Source: an uncultured Lachnospiraceae bacterium (GTDB taxonomy: Bacteria > Bacillota > Clostridia > Christensenellales > UBA1242). From it: a stretch of 64,000 nt of DNA. The position numbers and the translations under genes were made by a program. The DNA is taken from contig CAZFRA010000002.1 of NCBI GenBank assembly GCA_964521165.1, positions 2,320 to 66,319 on the forward strand, given 5' to 3'. The notes beneath the pieces are model-generated. The model ran no database searches, was not told the DNA's origin, and was given only the letters and a program-made list of their open reading frames with translations. This document shows positions 1 through 9,946 of the stretch, one piece after another. Numbering within the stretch: the first letter of the stretch is position 1; the number at the start of each line of letters is the position of its first letter.

Positions 1-81
1 AACACTCAGACCTACACACTAAAAATTGTTGATGGCACAAAACTTTTGTCCAGCGACGGAGAAGTTGTCGATTTTATTTGA
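1..81 (+). CDS. 3' end of an unidentified CDS truncated by the window start
   Basis: Frame 1 is open from base 1 to TGA 79-81 (NTQTYTLKIVDGTKLLSSDGEVVDFI*). Only 26 codons are visible, so the product cannot be assigned. Confidence 0.3.
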   Translation, partial: NTQTYTLKIVDGTKLLSSDGEVVDFI

Positions 82-163
82 TGAAAATGTCCCCAAAATT
101 ATATCTAAATTGAGATAATTTTCAATTTTCAAACTAAAAATTTTATTAACTTTAAAAAAACAC

Positions 164-193
164 TTGACAACACGACGAAAAATATATTATACT
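164..193 (+). promoter_or_regulatory. SigA-type promoter for tRNA-Glu
   Basis: TTGACA 164-169, 18-nt spacer, TATACT 188-193. The mature tRNA 5' end is at 214. Confidence 0.6.
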
Positions 194-213
194 TTAGGAG
201 CAAATGACATTTT

Positions 214-288
214 GGTCTCGTGGTCAAGTGGTTAAGACACCGCCCTTTCACGGCGGTATCAGGGGTTCGAATCCCCTCGAGATCACCA
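214..288 (+). tRNA. tRNA-Glu (anticodon UUC)
   Basis: 75-nt cloverleaf. Acceptor stem GGTCTCG/CGAGATC. Anticodon stem CCGCC/GGCGG with loop CTTTCAC (TTC at 247-249). T-arm GGGGTTCGAATCCCC. CCA is encoded. Very similar to Bacillus-type tRNA-Glu. Confidence 0.95.
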
Positions 289-290
289 AA

Positions 291-324
291 AACAACCGAG
301 TTTTCTCGGTTGTTTTTTGTTTTT
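291..324 (+). terminator. Rho-independent terminator after tRNA-Glu
   Basis: 10-bp stem AACAACCGAG (291-300) / CTCGGTTGTT (305-314), TTTT loop, followed by a T-run. Confidence 0.85.
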
Positions 325-345
325 AAAATAATATATGAGAGCGGA

Positions 346-1140
346 TTAAATTAGACAATTTCTTGCGATTGTGGTAACGAAAATGGTGCAGTGTTTTGCT
401 AGATATTCACTACAAGTGTTCACTGTGGCGCAAGTTGTCAAAATATCATCAACAAGCAAAACGCGCTTGCCTTTGATTTCATCTTTGTTTATCACTCTGA
501 AGGCATCTTTCAAATTTTCGCTTCTTTCTTGAAAAGTCAAAGTCTTTTGTGCGTCTGTTTCCTTTATCTTTTCCAAAGTTGGTATCACTGAAATATCTAA
601 AATCTTACCTAATTCATTTGCCAACCTTTCCGACTGATTAAACGAGCGGTCTTTTTGTTTAACTTTTGTCATCGGCACGAAGGTAATGATGTCGATTTGT
701 AAATCTTTCAAATATTTTGCCATAATAACGGCGAAACCTTTTGCCAGATAACGCTTGTTGTTAAATTTGTAATTCAAAATTGTTTGACGAATTTTATCTT
801 TGTAAATAAGCGGACAATATGCCTTCTTGAAAAAGCGTTTGTTGTTTTGACAAAAATCACAAACGACAGTTTCGTTTTTGATTGGTATATCGCAAATTTT
901 GCAGCGATTACCTTTGTTAAACTCCATAAAATTTTCGCAGTCTTCGCAAAATGGTTTGTTATAAAAGTCCGGAATATCTCTACCACAGAAAATGCATTTT
1001 ATATCGTCGGGAAAGAGATATTTATCAATAAAAGACGATATTTTTGTAAAAACACCGCTAAATTTTGCTTTCTTTGAAGATTTTTCATTATTTTTCGTCA
1101 TTTTTTTGTTTTTCATAAATTTTTGTATCTCTTTCATCAT
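346..1140 (-). CDS. comFC: ComF-family protein (ComFC-like phosphoribosyltransferase-fold protein)
   Basis: N-terminal Cys-rich zinc-finger region (CIFCGRD..CEDC..CKIC..CDFC). C-terminal PRT motif VLLVDDILTTCATV. Confidence 0.85.
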   Translation of the reverse strand: MMKEIQKFMKNKKMTKNNEKSSKKAKFSGVFTKISSFIDKYLFPDDIKCIFCGRDIPDFYNKPFCEDCENFMEFNKGNRCKICDIPIKNETVVCDFCQNNKRFFKKAYCPLIYKDKIRQTILNYKFNNKRYLAKGFAVIMAKYLKDLQIDIITFVPMTKVKQKDRSFNQSERLANELGKILDISVIPTLEKIKETDAQKTLTFQERSENLKDAFRVINKDEIKGKRVLLVDDILTTCATVNTCSEYLAKHCTIFVTTIARNCLI

Positions 1141-1165
1141 TGGGACTTTTCATAGGTTTTATTGC

Positions 1166-1897
1166 TCATTGCATTTTTGATTGCCTTTGTCGAACAATTT
1201 CGTACACCACAATTCCAGCACTGACACTTGCGTTGAGCGAGTTGACAGAACCGAAAAGTGGGAGAGTGACGACGCCGTCACAATGAGCAATTATGCTTGG
1301 TTTTGTGCCTTCACTTTCTGAGCCGATAACGATGCCGACAGGTCCGGTTAAGTTGGTTTGGTAGATATCTTCGCCGCCAATTTCTGCAGAATATATCCAA
1401 AGTCCAGCGTCTTTCAAATCCTTTATGGCGTCCTTCAAATTAACCACACGGGCGATTTTCATATTCGAAATTGCACCGGCACTTGTACGCACCACTGTTT
1501 CGTTAACTTGGCAGGCGCGCATTTTTGGAATTATGATGCCGTCAACACCAGCACATTCGCAAGAGCGGATAATAGCGCCGAGATTATGAGGGTCTTCAAT
1601 GCCATCAAGCAGAACAACAAAAGCATCCGTGCCCTTGTCTTTTGAAACCTGCAAAATATCTTCAACCGAAGAATATTCGAAATCAACAGTTTCGGCGATA
1701 TATCCTTGATGATGTTCGGTTTTGGCGATTTTGTCCATAACTTTTCGCGGCAAAAATTCCATTTTTATTTTGTATTTTTTTGCTAGACTTACCACATCAT
1801 CCTTTCGGTGTTCAAAATTTCGGTCGATAATGAGTTTGTTGATTGTTGTACCATTTTTAATGCCTTCAATAACTTGATTTTTTCCTTCCAGATTCAT
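1166..1897 (-). CDS. rlmB: SpoU/TrmH-family 23S rRNA 2'-O-methyltransferase (RlmB/YacO-like)
   Basis: Motifs LDGIEDPHNLGAIIRS, IVIGSESEGT and SLNASVSAGIVVYE. Lies directly downstream of mrnC, as in the Firmicutes mrnC-yacO arrangement. AAGGAAA SD. Confidence 0.85.
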   Translation of the reverse strand: MNLEGKNQVIEGIKNGTTINKLIIDRNFEHRKDDVVSLAKKYKIKMEFLPRKVMDKIAKTEHHQGYIAETVDFEYSSVEDILQVSKDKGTDAFVVLLDGIEDPHNLGAIIRSCECAGVDGIIIPKMRACQVNETVVRTSAGAISNMKIARVVNLKDAIKDLKDAGLWIYSAEIGGEDIYQTNLTGPVGIVIGSESEGTKPSIIAHCDGVVTLPLFGSVNSLNASVSAGIVVYEIVRQRQSKMQ

Positions 1898-2027
1898 ACT
1901 TTTTCCTTTTTTATAATTTAATTTAAAATATTTTTTAATTAGAAAATATCGATTTTTTAACTATTTTTCAAAAAATTTTTGTTTTTAATTATATTTTTTA
2001 AGTTTTTTATATAATTTCAGCGTGTTT

Positions 2028-2399
2028 TTAACTTATTGAAATTTTTAAGATTTCATTTAAACGTTCGCTTTGTTTGGATAGATAGAGATATCCAATGAGC
2101 GCTTCAAAAGCAGTGGCTTTTTTGTATTCTTCTTCGTCAAAATTTTTTGCCTTATGCTTTGCTTTTGCGTTTCTTGCCTTTCGAACAATTTCCTTTTCAT
2201 CGTCACTCAAAACGGGTAAAATTTTTTCCAAAACTTCTTTTTGATGTTTGGCGTTGCAGAACTTTTTTGAAAGGTTGTGATAATTGGCAATTTTTGTGGT
2301 TTTTTCTTGCGTTAAAACAAACTCTCTGACATACGCCGTGTGAATGGCGTCACCGAGAAAAGCGAGTGCAAGAGGATATAAAGTGTCGTAAATTTTCAT
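2028..2399 (-). CDS. mrnC: Mini-ribonuclease III
   Basis: 123 aa with LAFLGDAIHTAYVRE and FEALIGYLYL signatures. AAGGA SD. Confidence 0.85.
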   Translation of the reverse strand: MKIYDTLYPLALAFLGDAIHTAYVREFVLTQEKTTKIANYHNLSKKFCNAKHQKEVLEKILPVLSDDEKEIVRKARNAKAKHKAKNFDEEEYKKATAFEALIGYLYLSKQSERLNEILKISIS

Positions 2400-2422
2400 A
2401 AAATTCCTTTTTTTGATATTTT

Positions 2423-3517
2423 TTAGTTATTAAATCGGAAAAGAACAACATCGCCGTCCTGCATAACATATTCTTTTCCTTCAATTCGAACTTTTCCTTT
2501 TTCCTTTGCTTTAAGAAAGGAGCCGGCTTCCACCAAGTCATCATAGGAAACAACTTCCGCTTTGATAAATCCTTTTTCGAAGTCGGTGTGGATTTTTCCT
2601 GCTGCTTGCGGTGCTTTTGTTCCTTTTGTGATTGTCCATGCACGCACTTCTTTTTCGCCAGCGGTGAGATAACTCATAAGACCGAGCAGGTCATAACTTG
2701 CGACTACAAGTTTTTCGAGTCCGCTTGATTTGATACCAAGTTCGTCCTTAAACATTTGTCTATCTTCTTTTTCGAGTAAAGCAATTTCTTCTTCAATCTT
2801 TGTGCAAAGAGCGACAACCTTAGTGTTTTCTTTTCGAGCAAAATCTTTGACTATTTCGACATATTTATTCGTTTCTAGCGCCAAGTCGTTTTCGCTAATA
2901 TTTGCCACATAAATAACCGGTTTTGCGGTGAGTAAAGCGAAATTTTTGAGAATTTTCTTTTCTTCATCATTAAAAGATAGACTTCTTGCTTGTGCGCCTT
3001 GCTCTAGAACACTCTTAATTCTTGTGAGCATATTGACAGAAGTTAAAAGGCTTTTGTCGCCAGTGGTTTTAATAAGTTTGGTGTTCTTTTCCAAAAATTT
3101 ATCCACTTGTTCAAGGTCAGCAAGAGCGAGTTCGGTTTCAATGGTTTCAATATCGCGCTTTGGGTCAATATTGCCGCTCACGTGGATAATTTTTTCATTA
3201 TCAAAACAACGAACAACATGCACAATGGCGTCAACTTCACGAATATGGCTTAAAAATTTGTTACCAAGTCCTTCGCCGTGACTGGCACCAGCAACAAGGC
3301 CGGCAATATCCACAAACTCAATAACTGCCGGAGTTATCTTCAATGTGTTATACATTTTTCCTAAAACTTCCAATCTTTCATCTGGCACTTCTACAACACC
3401 AATATTTGGCTCGATTGTGCAAAAAGGATAGTTGGAACTTTCTGCTCCAGCATTTGTGATAGCATTGAAAAGAGAACTTTTTCCAACGTTTGGAAGACCA
3501 ATAACGCCAATTTTCAT
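2423..3517 (-). CDS. ychF: Redox-regulated ATPase YchF
   Basis: [19 protein letters not shown] Walker A, NxxD region, and C-terminal GFIKAEV...[17 protein letters not shown] 3517 with a GGAG SD is preferred over the alternative start at 3553 in the track. Confidence 0.95.
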   Translation of the reverse strand: MKIGVIGLPNVGKSSLFNAITNAGAESSNYPFCTIEPNIGVVEVPDERLEVLGKMYNTLKITPAVIEFVDIAGLVAGASHGEGLGNKFLSHIREVDAIVHVVRCFDNEKIIHVSGNIDPKRDIETIETELALADLEQVDKFLEKNTKLIKTTGDKSLLTSVNMLTRIKSVLEQGAQARSLSFNDEEKKILKNFALLTAKPVIYVANISENDLALETNKYVEIVKDFARKENTKVVALCTKIEEEIALLEKEDRQMFKDELGIKSSGLEKLVVASYDLLGLMSYLTAGEKEVRAWTITKGTKAPQAAGKIHTDFEKGFIKAEVVSYDDLVEAGSFLKAKEKGKVRIEGKEYVMQDGDVVLFRFNN

Positions 3518-3609
3518 ATTAAAACTCCATAAGAACAAGATTTTCAAACACAATTATAACAAATTTCGATATTTTTTACAATTAACTTAAAGTAAAATAT
3601 CTAAAATTT

Positions 3610-3637
3610 AAAAAAAAGAAGGATATTTAATCCTTCT
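3610..3637 (-). terminator. Rho-independent terminator of the 1,128-aa gene
   Basis: Stem GAAGGAT (3618-3624) / ATCCTTC (3630-3636). The A-run 3610-3617 is the U-tract on the minus strand. Starts 1 nt after the stop codon. Confidence 0.75.
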
Positions 3638-6600
3638 TTATTCGTGCGTTCGGTCAGTGGATTTCGGTTCAAATTTTGATTTCACATATCGATTAAGTGT
3701 ATCATATGAAGAATAAGTTGTCAAATATGTGTCAATCTCTCTTCTTTTGTCTTCTGACAATCCATTATATTGTTCTCTTGCAGCATTTATTGTCTCGTAT
3801 TCTGCTCTTTGCTCTTCCGTCATATTTTCTAAATCTACGGTTGTAGATTTGTTACCCTTATAGAGATTTTCCACAAGATTTTTATCATCATCACTCAAAT
3901 TATCAAGGAATTGCTTGCGGTTTTCACCGATTTCTGTTTCTATTTCGTTAATGTCACCGTTTTTGGTGGCTCTTGTTAAGACATCTTGAGCATAACGATT
4001 GAATTCAGGAGTGACTCTTATTTTGTCGATAGTTTGTTGAGCAACATCTAATGTCGCTTCAGGGGTTATTTGATCACTAGTGCCTTTTTCGATGTTTTTC
4101 AAATCTTTCTTCTTCATCGTAGTGTAATTGCCTTCCATAATTGTTATAGAATCGGAGATGTTTTGTTTAAGTTTGTCAATATTTTCACGTCTTTCATCAA
4201 TTGCCTGCAATTCTTCTTTCAAAAACCCGCGAACTTGGTCAGCATATCCAAGACCTAATTGTTCATTTTTAACTTTTTCGCTAAAAACACTAACCAAAAT
4301 TGGAATGCGCTTTTCTGCCACTTTATTTTCCTTTTCGACTTTTTGTGATTTAAGGTCGGCAAGTTCTTTTTCGTATAAGACGTCAAGTTCCTTACAAATA
4401 GCAATCGTTTCATCGCAAATTTTGACTAAAGATTCCATTTCTGAAATTCCTTTTTCAAGCGCTTCTTTTTTTTCTGCATAATCAGGAGCAGTTTTATCAA
4501 GTGCGTCAAGTTCCATTTTGGCATTTTCAATCTCTTTATTTAGACTCTCTTTTTGTTTTATTTTTTGAAGATGGGAATCCATATTTTCTTTAAGAGTTTC
4601 TTCTTGTTTTTCGATTTCCGCGTTAATATCTTTAAGTTCATTTTCAGCTTTTGATAATTGATCTCTAATTATATCATATTCGTATGTAGGAAGAACTTCT
4701 CCAGTTTCGCCATTTAAAATCGCAAGCGCCTGTTCCACTTCTTGTTTTCTATCTTCTAGGGCTGCATCTTCATTATCGAGAGATTCTGAAAGATTATTTA
4801 ATATTTCTCGAGTATTTTCATTTTCCATTTTTCTTTCAAAATGTTTAGCCATTGAATCTTGATATCGTTGATAGTCGCGTTGTTGCAATTTTGCTGGCCA
4901 TTCCCACGGTTTTGTGATTGCCACGCCGAGTGAAATGTAGGATAGTGGTAGCAAGAATGGCATAAACACAGAAAGAATGGCAAGTGCAAATCCAATACCA
5001 ACCCAAAGACTTTGTTTTCTAAAAGGTCCTTCGGCAGTTTCTGTTGGTTCTTTTGGTTTTTCCAAATTTGAATTATGTTCGTCGTTATTACCTGCAGGAG
5101 AGTCCGGATTCACACCGTCAGGATTCACAGGGGCGACACTATCGTCTTGCTCGCGTACGGTTTCGTCGGTATCGCCGACAATAACAATACCGCTTTTCGT
5201 GTCGATGTTGACATTGTAATAATCATTGATTTTGTTAACTGTTTGATTATTCAAAACAACAACATTCATTTCGCCGCTCTCGCTCACTTCACCAACCACA
5301 TTTTGTTTGGTTTTTCTAAATTCTGCCACTTCGTTTTCTGCATAGGTTGTTGCAAGGGCAATCTTTTCGTTGCTAGAAAGTTGATTATTTCGCAAGTTTT
5401 GTGTTGGTGAATCTTTGGCATTTGTGTATGGTTTTTCATTAAATTCCTTCACAAAATTCGAAAGTTCAGCATTCGAAAGTTCGGTTTTCTCGTTTGTTTT
5501 TGGAATTGGATAAACGATAGCATAAGCTTTTGTTGTATCTTTCGGGTCTTGAATCATTAAACGCAAGTAGTCGCATTCCTTATTGTTTGGCATATTGTCG
5601 ATTTTGTAGTTTTCTTTTTCACTGTCAGGATTGTAAATTTCCATATCCAAAACCTTATAAAAATCAGTGCCAAGATTTCTTGTTTTGGTTGAGTCAAGTG
5701 CGTCAGGAATGGAAGGTGAGCAATAAAGGAACATATCCTTATTGTCTTTTTCCAAAAATCTCAATTCAACTTGCGGTTTTTTGAGTGTAAAACTACCATC
5801 TTTTTTAGATTTAAGGTTACCGTTTTTGTCTGTGGATATAACATCAGGGATAATCGCTGTCAATTTATATTTTGCCGATTGGGCGAGTTCTGTTTCGCCA
5901 GAAACTTCGGCTTCTCCCGTTTCCGTATCAATATTCGTTTTCGATTCACCAAAAGTTAAATCCACACGCTTTTTTCCGCTACGATTTTTTGTGGCAAGTG
6001 CAATTTGTCCAACAAGCAATGTTTTGAGTGCAGGATTAAATTTTTGATCAACCGAGCATCCATTTTCGCCAGCAAGCGCCATATTGATAAATTTATCACT
6101 CACGGCAATGTTGAAAGGTGAGTCTGGAGCGTTTCGATAGATAGCGCTATGCTTATCTTTATCAGCAATTTGAAGACCGAAAGCGGAGAAAAGAATCCCA
6201 ATTTGCGAATTTGCTCCGCCAACGCGTAAATCAAGACGGTTATCAAGCGAAACATTATCAAAAACAATGCCATCATCTTCCATTTTTAAAGGTGGTTCAA
6301 TGTTGTTTTGTTCAAAGAAATTCACAAAATTCTTTTTTACTTCATCGTCTTTGAAAACCAATTTCATTTTTTGGTCGTCAGTTGCTTGAAAAGATGCCAC
6401 AACTTTGTTGTTTTTAATGATTGAGATAAGGTCGGTTGTTTTTTTTGAACTATGTGTGGCAATAACAGTTTGTTTACGCACCACACCATTTTCATCTTTG
6501 CCAAGGTTTATCATTTGACTTATGCCAACAATTGACCCATCATCCAACTTAAATTTTTCTGCTTTTTGTGTTGTTTGTGTTGAGCGAAAGTTTCCGGTTT

Positions 6601-7024
6601 TCAAAATAATCTCTTTGGTTTCAATACCGTCGTTCTTCAAAATCTTTTTAATATTTCGAACAAAAGTTTCAGGAAAATATTTTGCTTCGCAGTTGACAAT
6701 TTGAGAAATTTCGTCGTCAGAAAGTTCGTTGCCTTCCGGAATATTACGCAAAGATTCAATAATATCCTTGTCTTCGTCGTCATATTTTGTTAAATCTCTA
6801 TACCTATTTTTGATATCGTTAATGATATTTTCATCTTTAACATAACGCGAACAATAATCTTGAAGGAGTTCATCGGTAGCGCCAGGAATATTGATAGTTG
6901 TCGTGTTTATCGTTTCATCTTTTTGCTTCTTATAGATATAGGATTCGCTGGAAAAGTTGGAAAAAATAAATTGCCAATTTGGAACTTCTTTAAAATCTAA
7001 TTTTTTATCTTCATTTTCAGACAT
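3638..7024 (-). CDS. Hypothetical 1,128-aa protein: N-terminal globular region, central hydrophobic hairpin, C-terminal E/K-rich coiled coil
   Basis: Uninterrupted ORF with an AAAGGAG SD and a TATAAT upstream. About 40 hydrophobic residues (SLWVGIGFALAILSVFMPFLLPLSYISLGVAI) follow a Pro/Asn/Asp-rich linker. The last roughly 430 aa have a heptad-like E/K/L composition. I recognise no family. Confidence 0.85.
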   Translation of the reverse strand: MSENEDKKLDFKEVPNWQFIFSNFSSESYIYKKQKDETINTTTINIPGATDELLQDYCSRYVKDENIINDIKNRYRDLTKYDDEDKDIIESLRNIPEGNELSDDEISQIVNCEAKYFPETFVRNIKKILKNDGIETKEIILKTGNFRSTQTTQKAEKFKLDDGSIVGISQMINLGKDENGVVRKQTVIATHSSKKTTDLISIIKNNKVVASFQATDDQKMKLVFKDDEVKKNFVNFFEQNNIEPPLKMEDDGIVFDNVSLDNRLDLRVGGANSQIGILFSAFGLQIADKDKHSAIYRNAPDSPFNIAVSDKFINMALAGENGCSVDQKFNPALKTLLVGQIALATKNRSGKKRVDLTFGESKTNIDTETGEAEVSGETELAQSAKYKLTAIIPDVISTDKNGNLKSKKDGSFTLKKPQVELRFLEKDNKDMFLYCSPSIPDALDSTKTRNLGTDFYKVLDMEIYNPDSEKENYKIDNMPNNKECDYLRLMIQDPKDTTKAYAIVYPIPKTNEKTELSNAELSNFVKEFNEKPYTNAKDSPTQNLRNNQLSSNEKIALATTYAENEVAEFRKTKQNVVGEVSESGEMNVVVLNNQTVNKINDYYNVNIDTKSGIVIVGDTDETVREQDDSVAPVNPDGVNPDSPAGNNDEHNSNLEKPKEPTETAEGPFRKQSLWVGIGFALAILSVFMPFLLPLSYISLGVAITKPWEWPAKLQQRDYQRYQDSMAKHFERKMENENTREILNNLSESLDNEDAALEDRKQEVEQALAILNGETGEVLPTYEYDIIRDQLSKAENELKDINAEIEKQEETLKENMDSHLQKIKQKESLNKEIENAKMELDALDKTAPDYAEKKEALEKGISEMESLVKICDETIAICKELDVLYEKELADLKSQKVEKENKVAEKRIPILVSVFSEKVKNEQLGLGYADQVRGFLKEELQAIDERRENIDKLKQNISDSITIMEGNYTTMKKKDLKNIEKGTSDQITPEATLDVAQQTIDKIRVTPEFNRYAQDVLTRATKNGDINEIETEIGENRKQFLDNLSDDDKNLVENLYKGNKSTTVDLENMTEEQRAEYETINAAREQYNGLSEDKRREIDTYLTTYSSYDTLNRYVKSKFEPKSTDRTHE

Positions 7025-7158
7025 TTTCAGACTCCTTTTCTCTTTATTTTTTGTTACAATTTATTATACCATATTTGTCTTTTATTGTCAAATTTTGTGA
7101 TAAAAATTGCCAACCAAACTTTAATTTTTTCATATCTTCCTAATTCTTGGCAAAAAAC

Positions 7159-7187
7159 TTGTGTTTTTCTGTTATTTTTGTTAAAAT
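7159..7187 (+). promoter_or_regulatory. secA promoter (extended -10)
   Basis: TTGTGT 7159-7164, 17-nt spacer, TGtTAAAAT 7179-7187. Confidence 0.5.
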
Positions 7188-7220
7188 AGATGTAAATTAT
7201 GTAATTAGGGGATGATAAAA

Positions 7221-9932
7221 ATGCTTTTTGGAAGTGAAAACAAATCTCAAGTGCGAAAACTTAAAAAAATTGCCGACAAAGTTGTGGATTTGGAAGATAA
7301 ATATCGTGCTTATTCCGATGAAGAACTTAAAAACTGCACGCAAATTTTTAAGGAAAGATATCAAAACGGCGAAAGTTTGATGAGTCTTTTGCCGGATGCT
7401 TATGCTGTTATGCGTGAAGCCGCTGACAGAGTTTTGAATATGCGCCATTTCTATGTTCAAATTCTGGGTGGAATTGCGCTCCACCAAGGGCGTATCGCAG
7501 AAATGGGCACAGGTGAAGGTAAAACTTTGGTTGCCACTTTGCCAGCGTATCTCAATGCTTTGACGGGCGAAGGTGTGCATATTGTCACTGTCAACGAATA
7601 CCTTGCCAAGCGTGACGCGGAATGGATGGGAAAAGTTTATCGCTTCCTTGGGATGACCGTCGGCGTTTCGGTTTCGGGAATGAAAGAAGATGAAAAACGT
7701 CAGGCGTATAATTGCGACATTACTTACTGCACCAACAACGAACTTGGATTCGACTATCTTCGCGACAATATGGCCACCAACAAAAAATATAGAATGCAAC
7801 GCGGTTATGCTTTCGCGATTGTCGATGAAGTAGACTCCATTTTGATTGACGAAGCGAGAACCCCGCTTATTATTTCTGGGCTTGGAATGAAGTCGAGTGA
7901 AAAATATATTGCCGCGCAAAAGTTTGCCAAAACCTTAAAGGCGGAAGACTATGAGAAGGACGAAAAAACCAAACAACTCAACTTAACCGAAAGCGGTGTG
8001 GAAAAGGCGGAAAGATATTTCAAACTCGACAACCTTTCGGATATTGATAATTTGGAACTCAATCACCACATAAACAACGCGTTGAAAGCGAATTTTGTGA
8101 TGTTTAAGGATGAAAACTACATCGTCAAAGACGGTGAAGTTATCATCGTCGATGAATTTACCGGGCGTTTGATGCCGGGTAGAAGATATAGCGACGGGCT
8201 TCACCAAGCAATCGAAGCGAAAGAAGGTGTGGAAATTAAAGACGAGAACAAAACTCTTGCCACAATCACTTTCCAAAACTTTTTTAGACTCTATCGCAAA
8301 CTTTCTGGTATGACAGGAACGGCGAAAACGGAAGAAGGTGAGTTTAAAGCGATATATAAACTTGATGTTGTTTCCATTCCGTCAAACTTGCCGAATATCC
8401 GCCAAGATGAGCCAGATATTATTTTTTCCACTGAAAAAGGTAAGATAAGGGCGATTGTCGAAGAAGTTAAGAGAAGATATGCAACAGGGCAACCTATCCT
8501 TATCGGAACAATTACGATTGAAAAGAGTGAACTCCTTTCCAAAGCTCTTAAAGAAGCAAAAATCAAACATACTGTTTTGAACGCTAAAAACAACGAAATG
8601 GAAAGTCAGATTGTTGCACAGGCAGGGCGAAAGGGGGCGGTTACCATTGCCACAAATATGGCGGGGCGTGGTACGGATATTTTGCTTGGTGGCAACCCTG
8701 AATTTATGGCAAAAAAGAAGATGAAGGACGAAAACTTTACCGACGAACAAATTTCATATGCCACTGCTTTCAATACAGTTGACGACGCGGAACTTAACAA
8801 GGCAAGAGAAAAATATGTTGAACTCTTTAAAGAATTCAAAAAAATTACCGACGCCGAAAAAGAAGAAGTGCGTCAGGCGGGCGGTTTGCATATTATTGGC
8901 ACTGAGCGTCACGAGTCAAGGCGTATTGACAACCAGTTGCGCGGTCGTGCTTCGCGTCAAGGTGACCCAGGCTCCAGCGTTTTCTTTATTTCGTTTGAAG
9001 ATGATTTAATAAGGCGTTTTGCTGGTGAAAAATTCAAAAGAATAGCCACATTCTTTAGACTTGAAGAAGACACTCCAATTCAACTTAAAATTTTGTCCAA
9101 ACAAATTGAAACGGCACAGAAAAAGATTGAAATGCAGAACTTTGCAATGAGAAAAACTGTCCTTCAATTTGACGATGTGTTGAACGCTCAAAGAGAAATT
9201 GTCTATAAGCAGCGCAACAGTGTTTTGGATGGAGAGAGTGTGCACGATCAGGTTATAAATATGTTACCTTCCGTCGTTGCCAAATTTGTCAATCGTTGTG
9301 TCGACCCGGAAAAACCATATTTTGACTGGGATTATTCCAAAATAAACAAAGAACTGGAAAACGGAATTTTAGAGCGTGGAAAAAATCTTATCACCGAAGA
9401 AATGTGCGAAGGGTTTGATATTGACGATTTTCACGAAAAAGTTGTGGAACTTGCCAATTCCAGATATCAAAATCGTATGCTGGAAGCGGGTAAACTCGGC
9501 ATTAACTTTGAAGAAATTGAAAAAGTTGTGCTTTTGAAAGTGGTAGATAGCAACTGGATGAACCACATTGACGATATGCAAACGATGAAAACAGAGATTA
9601 TGACGCGCGGTTTTGGTAATCAAGACCCAATTCTTGCATATAAAAAAGACGGCTTCGATATGTTCGATAATATGATTGAAAGAATAAAAGAGTCGACTTG
9701 CTTGCTTCTTCTCAACACTAACATCGAGATAAGACGCGTTGCTCCGGCGAATGAACAAAGCAACTCAAAAAACACCGTGGCTAAAAAATATGAACCAGAA
9801 GAAAAACCACAAGAAAGAAAAATTCAAAAAACCGTCGTAAACACGGCGCGAAAAATTGGCAGAAACGACCCTTGCCCTTGCGGAAGCGGCAAAAAGTACA
9901 AAAATTGTTGTATGTTGAAAGACGGTAACTAA
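7221..9932 (+). CDS. secA: Preprotein translocase ATPase SecA
   Basis: Motifs MGTGEGKTLVATLP, DEVDSILIDEARTPLIISG and TNMAGRGTDI. C-terminal zinc motif CPCGSGKKYKNCC. ATG 7221 (MLFGSENK, AGGGGA 8 nt upstream) is preferred over ATG 7212. Confidence 0.97.
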   Translation: MLFGSENKSQVRKLKKIADKVVDLEDKYRAYSDEELKNCTQIFKERYQNGESLMSLLPDAYAVMREAADRVLNMRHFYVQILGGIALHQGRIAEMGTGEGKTLVATLPAYLNALTGEGVHIVTVNEYLAKRDAEWMGKVYRFLGMTVGVSVSGMKEDEKRQAYNCDITYCTNNELGFDYLRDNMATNKKYRMQRGYAFAIVDEVDSILIDEARTPLIISGLGMKSSEKYIAAQKFAKTLKAEDYEKDEKTKQLNLTESGVEKAERYFKLDNLSDIDNLELNHHINNALKANFVMFKDENYIVKDGEVIIVDEFTGRLMPGRRYSDGLHQAIEAKEGVEIKDENKTLATITFQNFFRLYRKLSGMTGTAKTEEGEFKAIYKLDVVSIPSNLPNIRQDEPDIIFSTEKGKIRAIVEEVKRRYATGQPILIGTITIEKSELLSKALKEAKIKHTVLNAKNNEMESQIVAQAGRKGAVTIATNMAGRGTDILLGGNPEFMAKKKMKDENFTDEQISYATAFNTVDDAELNKAREKYVELFKEFKKITDAEKEEVRQAGGLHIIGTERHESRRIDNQLRGRASRQGDPGSSVFFISFEDDLIRRFAGEKFKRIATFFRLEEDTPIQLKILSKQIETAQKKIEMQNFAMRKTVLQFDDVLNAQREIVYKQRNSVLDGESVHDQVINMLPSVVAKFVNRCVDPEKPYFDWDYSKINKELENGILERGKNLITEEMCEGFDIDDFHEKVVELANSRYQNRMLEAGKLGINFEEIEKVVLLKVVDSNWMNHIDDMQTMKTEIMTRGFGNQDPILAYKKDGFDMFDNMIERIKESTCLLLLNTNIEIRRVAPANEQSNSKNTVAKKYEPEEKPQERKIQKTVVNTARKIGRNDPCPCGSGKKYKNCCMLKDGN

Positions 9933-9946
9933 ATCTGATAAAATAA

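Noticed and set aside
82-345. Possibility that the tRNA-Glu marks an integration site of a mobile element or genomic island.
   Set aside because: No integrase, recombinase, direct repeat of the tRNA 3' end, or compositional shift is visible. The flanking genes are housekeeping.
1945-1961. Recurrent AAAATATCGA(T/A)TTT word (1945-1961, 37497-37513, reverse-complement at about 3563-3580) and similar ATCGA/TCGAAAAA words in several spacers.
   Set aside because: The positions relative to genes are inconsistent: in promoter spacers for rlmB and ychF, but in a convergent terminator region at 37.5 kb. The word is largely A/T homopolymer around a ClaI-like core. That is not enough to call a regulatory motif or a dispersed repeat without genome-wide statistics.
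7197-7919. Long antisense ORFs in the track: 7197-7919(-) 240 aa, 13935-14552(+) 205 aa, 14788-15291(+) 167 aa, 16124-16654(-) 176 aa, 22559-23341(+) 260 aa, 28532-29095(+) 187 aa, 48972-49343(-) 123 aa, 50805-51308(-) 167 aa.
   Set aside because: Each lies entirely opposite a gene with unmistakable motifs (secA, prmC, arsR, recD2, P-type ATPase, acpP, the giant ORF). Their translations are low-complexity F/L/I/K/R-rich strings typical of antisense frames in AT-rich DNA. None has an SD or promoter.
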